Of a stretch of DNA of 26,007 nt, positions 16,303-25,365 are shown in pieces. Origin of the DNA: Crocinitomicaceae bacterium (lineage in GTDB: Bacteria; Bacteroidota; Bacteroidia; Flavobacteriales_D; Crocinitomicaceae); contig JAURNA010000276.1 of assembly GCA_030830385.1 (NCBI GenBank), positions 1-26,007 of the forward strand, given 5' to 3'. The notes under the pieces were generated by a model. The model did not search any database. It saw only the letters and a program-made list of their open reading frames with translations, and was not told the origin of the DNA. The number at the start of each line of letters is the position of its first letter. The first letter of the stretch is position 1. The position numbers were made by a program, and so were the translations under genes.

Positions 16303-16364
16303 ACAAAAAACACCTCTTCTCATCCTGATGCGGCAGGCGACTTTATGCGTTTGTGACATTTTCA

Positions 16365-16850
16365 CTATTCGTGAATATCTTGCTGCACGTTGCGCACTGC
16401 CTTTTTCTCCTCTTTGATCACCACTTTTGCCGGAGTTCCTTCGGCCTGATAATACACTTTTGCTTTCTCTTCCGCCTCAGCTCCTGTATACACTTCTTCT
16501 GTGATCTCTCCGTTTTCCTCCTTGCGGATCACCAGGCGTTTTTCTTCGCCATCAACCGTATATTCCACCTCTTTCCGCTCCTGATTCAGCTCCGATTGTG
16601 GGTCCATTTCGGCCAATTTCTTCTCCGCCTCTTCTCCCGTAAATACCTCTTCGGTCACTTCTCCGTTGGAAGTTGTGATAAGGGTCATCGTTTTTAGACC
16701 ATTCTTTTCTTCTACGCGAACTTCCCTCTTGATTTCCTGAAGAATTTCCTTCCCTTCTGTTTTTGTTGGGTTATTGTTCTGTCCTGTAACTATCGTTCCC
16801 AAACAGCAGAACATGGCAACTCCTGTCATTGTTAATCGTGATGTTTTCAT
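16365..16850 (-). CDS. Exported Glu/Lys-rich protein with an internal duplication (161 aa)
   Basis: Start moved to the ATG at 16850. Signal peptide ...CCLGTIVTG|Q. Repeats NGEVTEEVFTGEEAEKK and NGEITEEVYTGAEAEEK. Confidence 0.72.
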   Translation of the reverse strand: MKTSRLTMTGVAMFCCLGTIVTGQNNNPTKTEGKEILQEIKREVRVEEKNGLKTMTLITTSNGEVTEEVFTGEEAEKKLAEMDPQSELNQERKEVEYTVDGEEKRLVIRKEENGEITEEVYTGAEAEEKAKVYYQAEGTPAKVVIKEEKKAVRNVQQDIHE

Positions 16851-16975
16851 AATTGTCTTTTTGAACGTCGAAAGATTAGCGATTCTCGTAAATATACAGC
16901 ATTTTCCAGTTAAGTCAGTAAACCCCAAATACTTCGCGGCTCCGGGAATTTGTACATTTATCCAAAATTGAACGA

Positions 16976-18100
16976 ATGTCAAAACTCCCCGATGTAGGCA
17001 CAACCATTTTTACCGTAATGTCTCAACTTGCGAATGAGACTGGAGCCATCAATCTTTCGCAGGGATTTCCAAATTTCCCAATCGATCCGAAGCTCGAAGA
17101 AATTCTTGCCGAAACCGCGCATTCAGATGTGCATCAATATCGACCGATGGGCGGAGATCCGGTCTTGTTGGAAAAGATTTCACGTCTGATTCAACAACAA
17201 TACAGGCAAACGCTCCCGACCGATGAAATATTGGTAACTGCTGGCGCTACTCAGGGAATTTTTACGATTCTTCAAGCCCTGATCTATGCAGGAGACGAAG
17301 TTGTGGTACTCGATCCTTCATACGATTGTTATGACCCTTCCGTTCGACTCGCCGGAGGGAAAGCAACACATGTTCCGCTTCGTCCGGACGGCTTGCCCGA
17401 TTGGCCAACCATTCGACGGTCAATTAGCGATCAAACACGGATGTTGATCATCAACAATCCACACAACCCAACCGGCCGCGTTTGGAGCGCAGAGGATATG
17501 AACAAACTTGTACAACTGATGTCCGATTTTCCGCAGTTGCTGCTACTGTCAGATGAGGTATATGAATTCATCACATTCTCGGAGGAATTTGCCTCTGCAC
17601 GTTCCCTCGATGGCATTCAGGACAGAATTATCATCGTTTCGTCCTTCGGAAAAACCTTTCACATCACGGGTTGGAAAATGGGTTATCTAACCGCCCCTAT
17701 TCACCTCATGGAGGAAATCAAGAAAGTGCATCAATTCAATGTATTCTGCGTAAATAGTGTTGCGCAGGCAACCTTATCTTCTTATTTGGATCACGTCGAC
17801 GTGAGTACCCTCGCCGATTTCTACCGTCAGAAAAGAGATACTTTTCGCCGGTTGTTGGAAACATCCCGATTTGAACTTCTGCCTTGTGAAGGCACGTATT
17901 TTCAATCTGTTTCGTATGCGACGATTTCAACTCTTCCCGCTACGGAATTTTGCGTTGAACTGACCCGCGAACACGGCGTGGCAGCCATCCCGATTTCGGT
18001 GTTCAATCAGGATGGTAATGATAACAAATTGATTCGATTCTGTTTTGCGAAAGACGATGAAACATTGATTCAAGCAACTGAAAAGCTATGCAAGATTTAA
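16976..18100 (+). CDS. ybdL: PLP-dependent class I/II aminotransferase, YbdL (methionine/kynurenine aminotransferase) type
   Basis: MSKLPDVGTTIFTVMS, INLSQGFPNF, VTAGAT, NNPHNPTG, SDEVYE, SFGKTFHITGWKMGY and IRFCFAK. Confidence 0.9.
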   Translation: MSKLPDVGTTIFTVMSQLANETGAINLSQGFPNFPIDPKLEEILAETAHSDVHQYRPMGGDPVLLEKISRLIQQQYRQTLPTDEILVTAGATQGIFTILQALIYAGDEVVVLDPSYDCYDPSVRLAGGKATHVPLRPDGLPDWPTIRRSISDQTRMLIINNPHNPTGRVWSAEDMNKLVQLMSDFPQLLLLSDEVYEFITFSEEFASARSLDGIQDRIIIVSSFGKTFHITGWKMGYLTAPIHLMEEIKKVHQFNVFCVNSVAQATLSSYLDHVDVSTLADFYRQKRDTFRRLLETSRFELLPCEGTYFQSVSYATISTLPATEFCVELTREHGVAAIPISVFNQDGNDNKLIRFCFAKDDETLIQATEKLCKI

Positions 18101-18849
18101 AAATCACATTGGTTCAGGCAGACCAGGCCTGGGAAGATCGAGAAGAAAACTTCAAACGATACGATGCACTTCTGAAAAATCAGGATTCCGACCTGTTTGT
18201 TCTTCCCGAAATGTTCCAAACCGGATTTAGCATGAACACGAGCCTTTGTGAGCGCATGAATGGCATTTCGATTCAATGGTTGAGAGAAAGGGCGGCCATG
18301 TACAATGCGGCCTTCTACACATCGCTGATGATTGAGGAGAACGGCGCGCATTTCAACCGAGGCGTATTCGTTCATCCGGATGGGACCATCCATAGCTACG
18401 ATAAACGAAAATGTTTCCGTCTGGCCGGGGAAGACAAACATTTCACTTCCGGGAAATCCGCGACCATCGTAGAGTTCCGTGGATGGAAGTTTCAACTTCA
18501 GATTTGCTATGATCTTCGGTTTCCAAAAATCGTACAGAATGAAATCGTTGACGGTGATCCGATCTACGACATTATTCTCTATGTTGCCAATTGGCCCGCA
18601 AAGCGAATCGCTCACTGGGACGCCCTACTAAAAGCACGTGCAATCGAAAATCAATCGTACGTAGTAGGTGTGAACCGCATTGGAACGGACGGAAACGGGT
18701 TTGAATACAACGGACATAGTACCCTCATCGATGCGATGGGTGAAATAAATGACCTTCTTCCCAACCAATCACTGGCAAAAACCGTTGTAATTCATTGCAA
18801 TGAAATCACGAAGATTCGAGAAAGGTTGCCATTTTTGAGTGATCTGTAG
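18088..18849 (+). CDS. yafV: Nitrilase-superfamily amidohydrolase, omega-amidase YafV/Nit2 type
   Basis: The catalytic triad is present: LPEMF (Glu), YDKR (Lys) and ICYDLRFP (Cys). Also ANWP and LLKARAIENQSYV. Overlaps ybdL by 13 nt. Confidence 0.85.
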   Translation: MQDLKITLVQADQAWEDREENFKRYDALLKNQDSDLFVLPEMFQTGFSMNTSLCERMNGISIQWLRERAAMYNAAFYTSLMIEENGAHFNRGVFVHPDGTIHSYDKRKCFRLAGEDKHFTSGKSATIVEFRGWKFQLQICYDLRFPKIVQNEIVDGDPIYDIILYVANWPAKRIAHWDALLKARAIENQSYVVGVNRIGTDGNGFEYNGHSTLIDAMGEINDLLPNQSLAKTVVIHCNEITKIRERLPFLSDL

Positions 18850-18892
18850 GTTTTATTTACTCACGATGACACCGTAACTAGCGTGATTCATT

Positions 18893-18900
18893 TATATTTG
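18893..18900 (+). promoter_or_regulatory. -7 element (TATATTTG) for the second T9SS gene
   Basis: Exact TAnnTTTG followed by an AT-rich leader to the ATG at 18925. Confidence 0.6.
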
Positions 18901-18924
18901 TTTACCAATAAATAAAATTTTATA

Positions 18925-20772
18925 ATGAAAAAATTCTACCTAAGTATCCTCGCTTTAGGCTCTATCACCTTCAGCGTCAATGGACAAGTAAAGTCGCATG
19001 TGGTGAATTCACCCCTGTTGAGTGCGCATCACGAACTTACGGCTCAAGACAACTCTGTTGTTCTTGCACCGATGGTTCAGTTCGTTTTCCCTAAGGCCGC
19101 GGGAGACATTATTTTCTCGGATGATTTCGCAACCGGAATTAGTGCGTGGACAGCTTCTGGCCTAAACGGAAATATCTGGGCTCATGATACGGACGGACCA
19201 AACGGACAATATTCCAGTGCAGCCACTCAGACAATTAATTCGACCACGTCCGCAGACGGGTTTGCAATGTTCGATGCGGACTTAAATAATCCGGGGAGTG
19301 CTCCCTTCATAAACTGGGTCGGTTCACTTGAATCTCCGGCGATGGATTTGACAGGGCTTGCAAACGTTATCATTACATTTGAACAATGCTACAGAACATG
19401 CTGTACGAGCACTTTCTATCCAAAAGTTGAAGTTTCTGATGACGATTTCGCAACAATGACCGAGTTTGATGTTTCCATTCCAGGAATTTTCGCAAATGAC
19501 GTTTCACCTACCTATACAACGAAACTGAACCTTTCGGATTTCTTAGCTGGGGCGTCAACCCCTGCAAACGTTAAGTTTCGATTTACGTGGGATGGTGCAG
19601 CAGGAGACAGCCACTACTACTGGCAGGTTGATGACGTTGTTGTGTTTGAAAGTTACGACAACGACATAACTGCACTTTCCAATATCATGGTGAGCGGTAC
19701 GTTGGAAATCCCATACTACAATGTGGCTCTTTCCCAGCTTACCGACATTTCTTTCTCCGGGCAAGTTCGTAACGACGGAGGAATGTCTTCAACAAATGTT
19801 GTACTTGATGTAAACGTTGACAACGGAGGAGGTACATTCTCTTCTACGGGTGTTACCGTTCCGGCAACAGCTATTGATTCATTGGTGACGACCACGTTCC
19901 TTCCGGGAGCTACGGGTCCACTTACGTACAATGTTTCGTATGATTACAGCATGACTGAAACGGACCCGATTCCATCGGATAACTCATTAACTGATGCATT
20001 TGACATTACAGTTGACGAGTACAGTGTACACAACGATGATCCAACAGGGTCTATCGGTGCCCTTTCAGGTGAAGCGGGTCAGCCGCTAAAAATTGGAAAC
20101 ATAATGGAGATTATGGCGGATGATCGAATCGGAGCTGTATATGTTCGCCCAAATAACGAAGCTTCGAACGTAGGTCAGGATATTTACGCTGAAATTTACT
20201 ATTGGGATGGCGTTGCTCAGGATTATGTCTTCCTCCAGACAACAGAAACTATTACAATCTCAGCTACAAATAACGGACAGCGTATTGAGCTTCCAATGGC
20301 AGTTCCTGTAAACGTAGTAGCAGGAGACGAACTTCTTGTTGTTGCATGTCACTACGGTAATCCAATAGAAAACGTTCGTTTTGCACTTGCACAGGAAGTT
20401 GAAGTTGGTATCGTTGCTGGATACGATGCTACTGGTGACCTATTCGGATTGGTTAACCCACGTGCGGTAATGGTAGGATTGAAATTCGATCCGACCGCTT
20501 CGATCGATGTGGCTGAAGATCTTTTCGGAATCAACGTTCACCCGAACCCGGCAGACGACAAATTCCTTGTTACTTACAACACATCGGATGTATCGGAAGT
20601 TACCCTTACTTTGACGGATTTGACAGGCAAGGAGATTTCTTCACGCGTTGAGTCTGGACAGAGCGGAGCTTACCAGGTAAGTGTTGACGTAGCTGATCTA
20701 AACGCAGGAGTATACCTCGTTACTATTGACAACGGAATTTCTACCGTTACAAAACGAGTAATCGTTAAATAA
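18925..20772 (+). CDS. T9SS type A sorting-domain protein (615 aa), acidic beta-rich, adhesin-like
   Basis: Signal peptide ...SITFSVNG|Q. IIFSDDFATG...W and YYWQVDDVVV mark a jelly-roll-like domain. CTD motifs VHPNPADD...LTDLTGK...AGVYLV...TKRVIVK. Confidence 0.88.
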   Translation: MKKFYLSILALGSITFSVNGQVKSHVVNSPLLSAHHELTAQDNSVVLAPMVQFVFPKAAGDIIFSDDFATGISAWTASGLNGNIWAHDTDGPNGQYSSAATQTINSTTSADGFAMFDADLNNPGSAPFINWVGSLESPAMDLTGLANVIITFEQCYRTCCTSTFYPKVEVSDDDFATMTEFDVSIPGIFANDVSPTYTTKLNLSDFLAGASTPANVKFRFTWDGAAGDSHYYWQVDDVVVFESYDNDITALSNIMVSGTLEIPYYNVALSQLTDISFSGQVRNDGGMSSTNVVLDVNVDNGGGTFSSTGVTVPATAIDSLVTTTFLPGATGPLTYNVSYDYSMTETDPIPSDNSLTDAFDITVDEYSVHNDDPTGSIGALSGEAGQPLKIGNIMEIMADDRIGAVYVRPNNEASNVGQDIYAEIYYWDGVAQDYVFLQTTETITISATNNGQRIELPMAVPVNVVAGDELLVVACHYGNPIENVRFALAQEVEVGIVAGYDATGDLFGLVNPRAVMVGLKFDPTASIDVAEDLFGINVHPNPADDKFLVTYNTSDVSEVTLTLTDLTGKEISSRVESGQSGAYQVSVDVADLNAGVYLVTIDNGISTVTKRVIVK

Positions 20773-20791
20773 CGAATTTCCCGTATAGATG

Positions 20792-20822
20792 AAAGGGGTC
20801 GGATTTTCCGATCCCTTTTTTT
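20792..20822 (+). terminator. Rho-independent terminator
   Basis: AAAGGGGTCGGA-TTT-TCCGATCCCTTT followed by further T residues, about 20 nt after the stop codon. Confidence 0.88.
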
Positions 20823-20880
20823 GTGGTAACCCCTGCTAATCCTCCTTTTTTCTCGATATTTGCGGAAAACAAAAGAGAAC

Positions 20881-21882
20881 ATGTCCAAAGTTGTTACCCT
20901 TCACGAGTTCATCATGAATCGTCAGGCAGATTTTCCCTACGCAAGTGGAGAACTTTCACGTCTGCTCAACGACATCGCCATCGCCTCGAAAATCGTGAGC
21001 AAGGACGTGCGCCGTGCCGGGCTTCTGGAGAATATTCTCGGAGCACAGGGAAGCACGAATGTTCAGGGGGAGGAACAACAAAAACTGGACGTGATCGCGG
21101 ACAACCAGTTCATCAACATGTTTAAGGTTGGAGGAGAAGTTTGCGGCATAGCATCGGAAGAAAATGATGATTTTATGCCTTTCGAATCCGATTTTTCTCG
21201 TCAGGGAAAATACGTTGTACTGTTTGATCCGCTGGATGGATCATCCAATATTGATGTGAATGTTTCCATCGGGACGATTTTCTCGATCTACCGCCGTGTC
21301 AGTGATTTGGGCACCAAAGCAACGCTCGACGACATGTTGCAAGCCGGAACAGAACAAGTTGCTGCGGGCTATGTACTGTACGGATCATCAACCATGATGG
21401 TATACACCACTGGAAAAGGTGTAAATGGTTTTACCCTCGATCCGTACATTGGTGAATTTTGCCTTTCCCATCCGGATATGAAAATGCCGGAGATGGGTCG
21501 AATTTATGCCATGAACGAGGGCAACGTAAACATCTGCGATGCCGGAATCAAGGAGTACATCGGAACCAAGTGCCAGCAAATTCCGGAGGGAGCGAAGCGC
21601 CCGTACTCGGGACGTTACATTGGTTCGTTGGTAGCTGATTTTCACCGAAACCTTATCAAGGGAGGAATTTACATTTATCCGGCAACTACCGTTGATCCGG
21701 AAGGGAAGCTCCGCCTGTTGTATGAGTGTAACCCACTTGCCTTCATCGCAGAGCAAGCCGGAGGAATCGCCTCCACAGGCAAAGAACGTATTTTGAACAT
21801 TAAACCCGAGCGCCTGCACCAACGCGTACCCCTCTTCATTGGCTCCAAGCAAATGGTCGAGCAGGCCCTCGCTTGCCTATAA
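20881..21882 (+). CDS. fbp: Class 1 fructose-1,6-bisphosphatase
   Basis: [38 protein letters not shown] and [14 protein letters not shown] at 20881. Confidence 0.96.
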   Translation: MSKVVTLHEFIMNRQADFPYASGELSRLLNDIAIASKIVSKDVRRAGLLENILGAQGSTNVQGEEQQKLDVIADNQFINMFKVGGEVCGIASEENDDFMPFESDFSRQGKYVVLFDPLDGSSNIDVNVSIGTIFSIYRRVSDLGTKATLDDMLQAGTEQVAAGYVLYGSSTMMVYTTGKGVNGFTLDPYIGEFCLSHPDMKMPEMGRIYAMNEGNVNICDAGIKEYIGTKCQQIPEGAKRPYSGRYIGSLVADFHRNLIKGGIYIYPATTVDPEGKLRLLYECNPLAFIAEQAGGIASTGKERILNIKPERLHQRVPLFIGSKQMVEQALACL

Positions 21883-24800
21883 ATGAATCTGAACGACTTT
21901 CTGCAACGATTTTCCGGGTTAACACCGGTAAGTGCAACGGCCAATGAACTGCAACTCATTGGACCGAAAATTCGCTGGAAGGGCTTGGTGGGTTCGTCGC
22001 GTTCCATCTGCTCATCGGTTGTCGCAAAACAAACTCCCGGAAACCATGTTTTCCTGCTCGAGGACAAAGAACAAGCCGCCTATTTCCTGAATGATCTTCA
22101 GGGGTTATACCCCAAAAGTAAGCACGTGCTGTTCTACCCCTCATCATACCGAGTGCCTTATGAACAGGAAAAAACTGACAATGCCAATGTGGTTGCACGA
22201 GCAGGGGTTCTTGAAAAAGTTAGTGATCAGCGCAATACGTGGATTGTAACCTATCCCGAGGCATTATTTGAAAAAATCCCATCTCGGAAACAACTGTCGA
22301 AAAACACATTCAAAGTTGAAAAAGGAAAAAACTACTCCATCGACTTTATGAATGAAACGCTACTCGAATTGGGCTTTGACCGGGTTGACTTCGTCTACGA
22401 ACCCGGACAATTTTCCATTCGTGGAGGAATCGTGGATGTATTTTCGTTTGGCAACGATTTGCCCTATCGCATTGAATTTTTTGGAGACGAAGCAGAAAGC
22501 ATTCGATCCTTTGATGCGAGTTCACAATTGTCGGTAGCTGAACACAAATTCTTCACCATCGTTCCCGACGTTCGCGGAAGTGTGATGCTTGAAGAAAACG
22601 TTCCCTTCTTCACCTTCATTGGTGCCGAAAGTACACTATGGATTGCCTCATATGATCAATGCAAAGCTACCATCCAAAAAGAGTACGATAAAGCCGTTCG
22701 CATCTACGATCAACTCGACACGACGCTGACTCCATCACTTCCTTCGGAGCTCTTTCTTCACCCTTCGGAATTTGAATCCGCTGTATCGGAAGCTTCCGTT
22801 ATCGAATTTGGAAACGACACACACTTTACAGAAGCGTTGAGTTTTTCTTTTGACTTCAAACCTCAGCCCAGCTTCAATAAAAACTTCGAACTGCTCACTT
22901 CCGATTTGACCGAACGCAAGAAGGAAGGGAGATCCGTTATGATCTTTTCAAATCAAACGAAACAGATCGATCGACTGGAGCAAATTTTCACGGACATCGG
23001 ACAGGAAAATCTGTTTGAGCCGATGCATTTTGCCCTTCACGAGGGATTCATCAGCGATGCGTGCAACGTCGTTTGCTACACGGATCATCAAATTTTCGAA
23101 CGCTACCACCGTTTCCGTTTAAAAGAAGGATTCAGACAGGCCAAACAGGCGCTGACACTCAAGGAGCTTTACAATCTTCAAAGCGGCGATTACGTTACGC
23201 ACATTGATCATGGTGTCGGGAAATTTTCCGGACTCGAAACGATCCAGGTAAACGGAAAACCTCAGGAGGCCATTCGGCTTTTGTACCGCGACAACGACGT
23301 TTTGTATGTCGGCATTCACTCGCTTCACCGCATTTCGAAATTCACCGGAAAGGATGGAGCCGTTCCCAAAATCAACAAGCTGGGATCGGCTGCATGGTCG
23401 AACCTGAAAAAGAAGACGAAGAAGAAAATCAAGGAAATCGCCTTTGATCTCATTCAGCTGTATGCAAAGCGAAAGAGTCAACCCGGATTTTCATTCTCTC
23501 CCGACTCTTACTTGCAAAACGAGCTGGAGGCTTCGTTCATGTACGAAGACACACCGGATCAGTTGAAAGCGACCGTAGCCGTAAAAGAGGACATGGAATC
23601 GTCAACACCGATGGATCGACTGATTTGTGGAGACGTTGGATTTGGAAAAACGGAAATTGCCATTCGCGCGGCATTCAAAGCGGTAGCTGACAGCAAACAA
23701 GTGGCTGTGTTGGTGCCGACGACAATTCTTTCCATGCAGCATCACCGCAGTTTTAAAGAACGACTGGAGGGGTTTCCGTGCAACATTGAATACATCAACC
23801 GATTCAAAAGTCAGAAGAGCATCACCGAAACGCTGAAGCGATTGGAGAAGGGGGAAATTGACATTCTGGTAGGAACACACGCCCTCGCCGGGAAAAAAGT
23901 GAAGTTCAAAGACCTCGGACTGATCATCATTGATGAAGAACAAAAGTTTGGTGTTTCGGTTAAAGACAAATTGAAGACGCTCCGTGCGACCGTAGACACC
24001 TTGACTTTAACCGCGACTCCCATTCCGAGAACACTCCAATTCTCGTTGATGGGCGCGCGTGATTTGAGTATCATCAACACGCCTCCGCCCAACCGTCAAC
24101 CTGTACTCACGGAGGTAATCCCATTCGATGAAGAGGCCATCCGCGATGCTGTTAGTTATGAAGTGAGCCGTGGCGGGCAGGTTTTCTTTGTGCACAACCG
24201 CCTTCAAAACATCAAGGAAGTCGCTGGCATGATCCAACGCCTGTGTCCGGGTGTGCGCGTTGGAATCGGGCATGGTCGTATGGAAGGAAAGGATCTCGAA
24301 AAGGTAATGATGGATTTTATCAATCACGAATACGATGTTCTCCTTGCCACTACGATTGTTGAATCGGGAATCGACATCCCGAATTCGAATACCATTCTGA
24401 TCAACGGCGCTCACAATTTTGGAATTAGCGATTTGCACCAACTTCGCGGTCGTGTAGGAAGATCGAATCGAAAAGGATTCTGCTACCTCATTGCTCCACC
24501 GCAGAGCACGTTGACAACGGAGGCCCGGAAGCGATTGGAAGCACTCGTGCAGTTCTCAGATTTAGGTTCCGGGTTCAACATCGCCATGAAAGACCTCGAT
24601 ATTCGCGGAGCCGGAAATCTGCTCGGTGGAGAACAAAGTGGTTTTATTGCGGATATCGGTTTCGACATGTATCAGAAAATTCTGAATGAAGCCATTGAGG
24701 AATTGCGGGAGTCATCTTTCAAGGAACTTTTCGCTGAACGCAATTCCGATCAATTTTCATCCTTCGTGCGAGATTGCGTATTGGAAACCGATCTTGAAAT

Positions 24801-25224
24801 CAGAATTCCGGATGATTACGTTAATAATGTTGCTGAACGATTGAGCCTGTATCAGGATCTCGACAGCGTGAAAAACGAAGAAGAACTGAACACCTTTGTT
24901 TGTCAACTCGAAGACCGCTTCGGTCCCATACCGGATCCCGTTCCTGAATTGCTTCGATCGTTTAAATTACGATGGTTGGCTCAGGAACTCGGCATCGAAA
25001 AACTCGTGTTAAAATCGAACAAAATGATCGGATACTTCGTGAATAATTCCAACTCGTCCTTCTACGAGTCCCTTGTGTTCACCAAGGTGTTGGATTACAT
25101 GCAGAAGAATCCAACCGCCGCAAAGTTGAGCGAAAAGAACGACCGCTTGCGCATCATTTATGACGATGTGAAAACACTCAGCGACGCCCACGATCAACTC
25201 GATCGCATTCTGAGAATTGATTAA
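21883..25224 (+). CDS. mfd: Transcription-repair coupling factor
   Basis: UvrB-like RGGIVDVF, CarD-like GDYVTHIDHGVG, Walker A GDVGFGKT, DEEQKFG, TATPIPRT, QLRGRVGRS and TRG motif DLDIRGAGNLLG. Confidence 0.97.
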   Translation: MNLNDFLQRFSGLTPVSATANELQLIGPKIRWKGLVGSSRSICSSVVAKQTPGNHVFLLEDKEQAAYFLNDLQGLYPKSKHVLFYPSSYRVPYEQEKTDNANVVARAGVLEKVSDQRNTWIVTYPEALFEKIPSRKQLSKNTFKVEKGKNYSIDFMNETLLELGFDRVDFVYEPGQFSIRGGIVDVFSFGNDLPYRIEFFGDEAESIRSFDASSQLSVAEHKFFTIVPDVRGSVMLEENVPFFTFIGAESTLWIASYDQCKATIQKEYDKAVRIYDQLDTTLTPSLPSELFLHPSEFESAVSEASVIEFGNDTHFTEALSFSFDFKPQPSFNKNFELLTSDLTERKKEGRSVMIFSNQTKQIDRLEQIFTDIGQENLFEPMHFALHEGFISDACNVVCYTDHQIFERYHRFRLKEGFRQAKQALTLKELYNLQSGDYVTHIDHGVGKFSGLETIQVNGKPQEAIRLLYRDNDVLYVGIHSLHRISKFTGKDGAVPKINKLGSAAWSNLKKKTKKKIKEIAFDLIQLYAKRKSQPGFSFSPDSYLQNELEASFMYEDTPDQLKATVAVKEDMESSTPMDRLICGDVGFGKTEIAIRAAFKAVADSKQVAVLVPTTILSMQHHRSFKERLEGFPCNIEYINRFKSQKSITETLKRLEKGEIDILVGTHALAGKKVKFKDLGLIIIDEEQKFGVSVKDKLKTLRATVDTLTLTATPIPRTLQFSLMGARDLSIINTPPPNRQPVLTEVIPFDEEAIRDAVSYEVSRGGQVFFVHNRLQNIKEVAGMIQRLCPGVRVGIGHGRMEGKDLEKVMMDFINHEYDVLLATTIVESGIDIPNSNTILINGAHNFGISDLHQLRGRVGRSNRKGFCYLIAPPQSTLTTEARKRLEALVQFSDLGSGFNIAMKDLDIRGAGNLLGGEQSGFIADIGFDMYQKILNEAIEELRESSFKELFAERNSDQFSSFVRDCVLETDLEIRIPDDYVNNVAERLSLYQDLDSVKNEEELNTFVCQLEDRFGPIPDPVPELLRSFKLRWLAQELGIEKLVLKSNKMIGYFVNNSNSSFYESLVFTKVLDYMQKNPTAAKLSEKNDRLRIIYDDVKTLSDAHDQLDRILRID

Positions 25225-25231
25225 GCGAACG

Positions 25232-25327
25232 ATGGCAAGTTGTGTATTAATACAACGTCTTTCTCGCACGGCATTGATTCTTGCCTCTATAACGACGGCC
25301 CTTATTCTCATGGGGATCTTTCTGTAA
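25232..25327 (+). CDS. Possible 31-aa hydrophobic peptide (MASCVLIQRLSRTALILASITTALILMGIFL)
   Basis: ATG to TAA, starting 7 nt after the mfd stop, with A at -3 and a C-terminal hydrophobic stretch. No homology evidence. Confidence 0.3.
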   Translation: MASCVLIQRLSRTALILASITTALILMGIFL

Positions 25328-25353
25328 AACGCTTGCTCTAGGTAGATTTATTC

Positions 25354-25361
25354 TACCTTTG
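25354..25361 (+). promoter_or_regulatory. -7 element (TACCTTTG), 4 nt before the glycosyltransferase ATG
   Basis: Exact TAnnTTTG. Confidence 0.55.
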
Positions 25362-25365
25362 AACC

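Noticed and set aside
16323-16347. TCCTGATGCGGCAGG, reminiscent of enterobacterial REP sequences.
   Set aside because: It is a single copy with a 4-bp stem in the wrong taxon, with no repeat elsewhere in the window.
18861-18886. TCACG-N16-CGTGA upstream of the second T9SS promoter.
   Set aside because: The arms are only 5 bp and there is no counterpart at the paralogous gene's promoter.
7243-20772. Gln immediately after the signal peptide in all four SPI-type exported proteins.
   Set aside because: This is the known Bacteroidota Q-rule (pyroglutamylation). I used it as support for start calls, and it is not novel.
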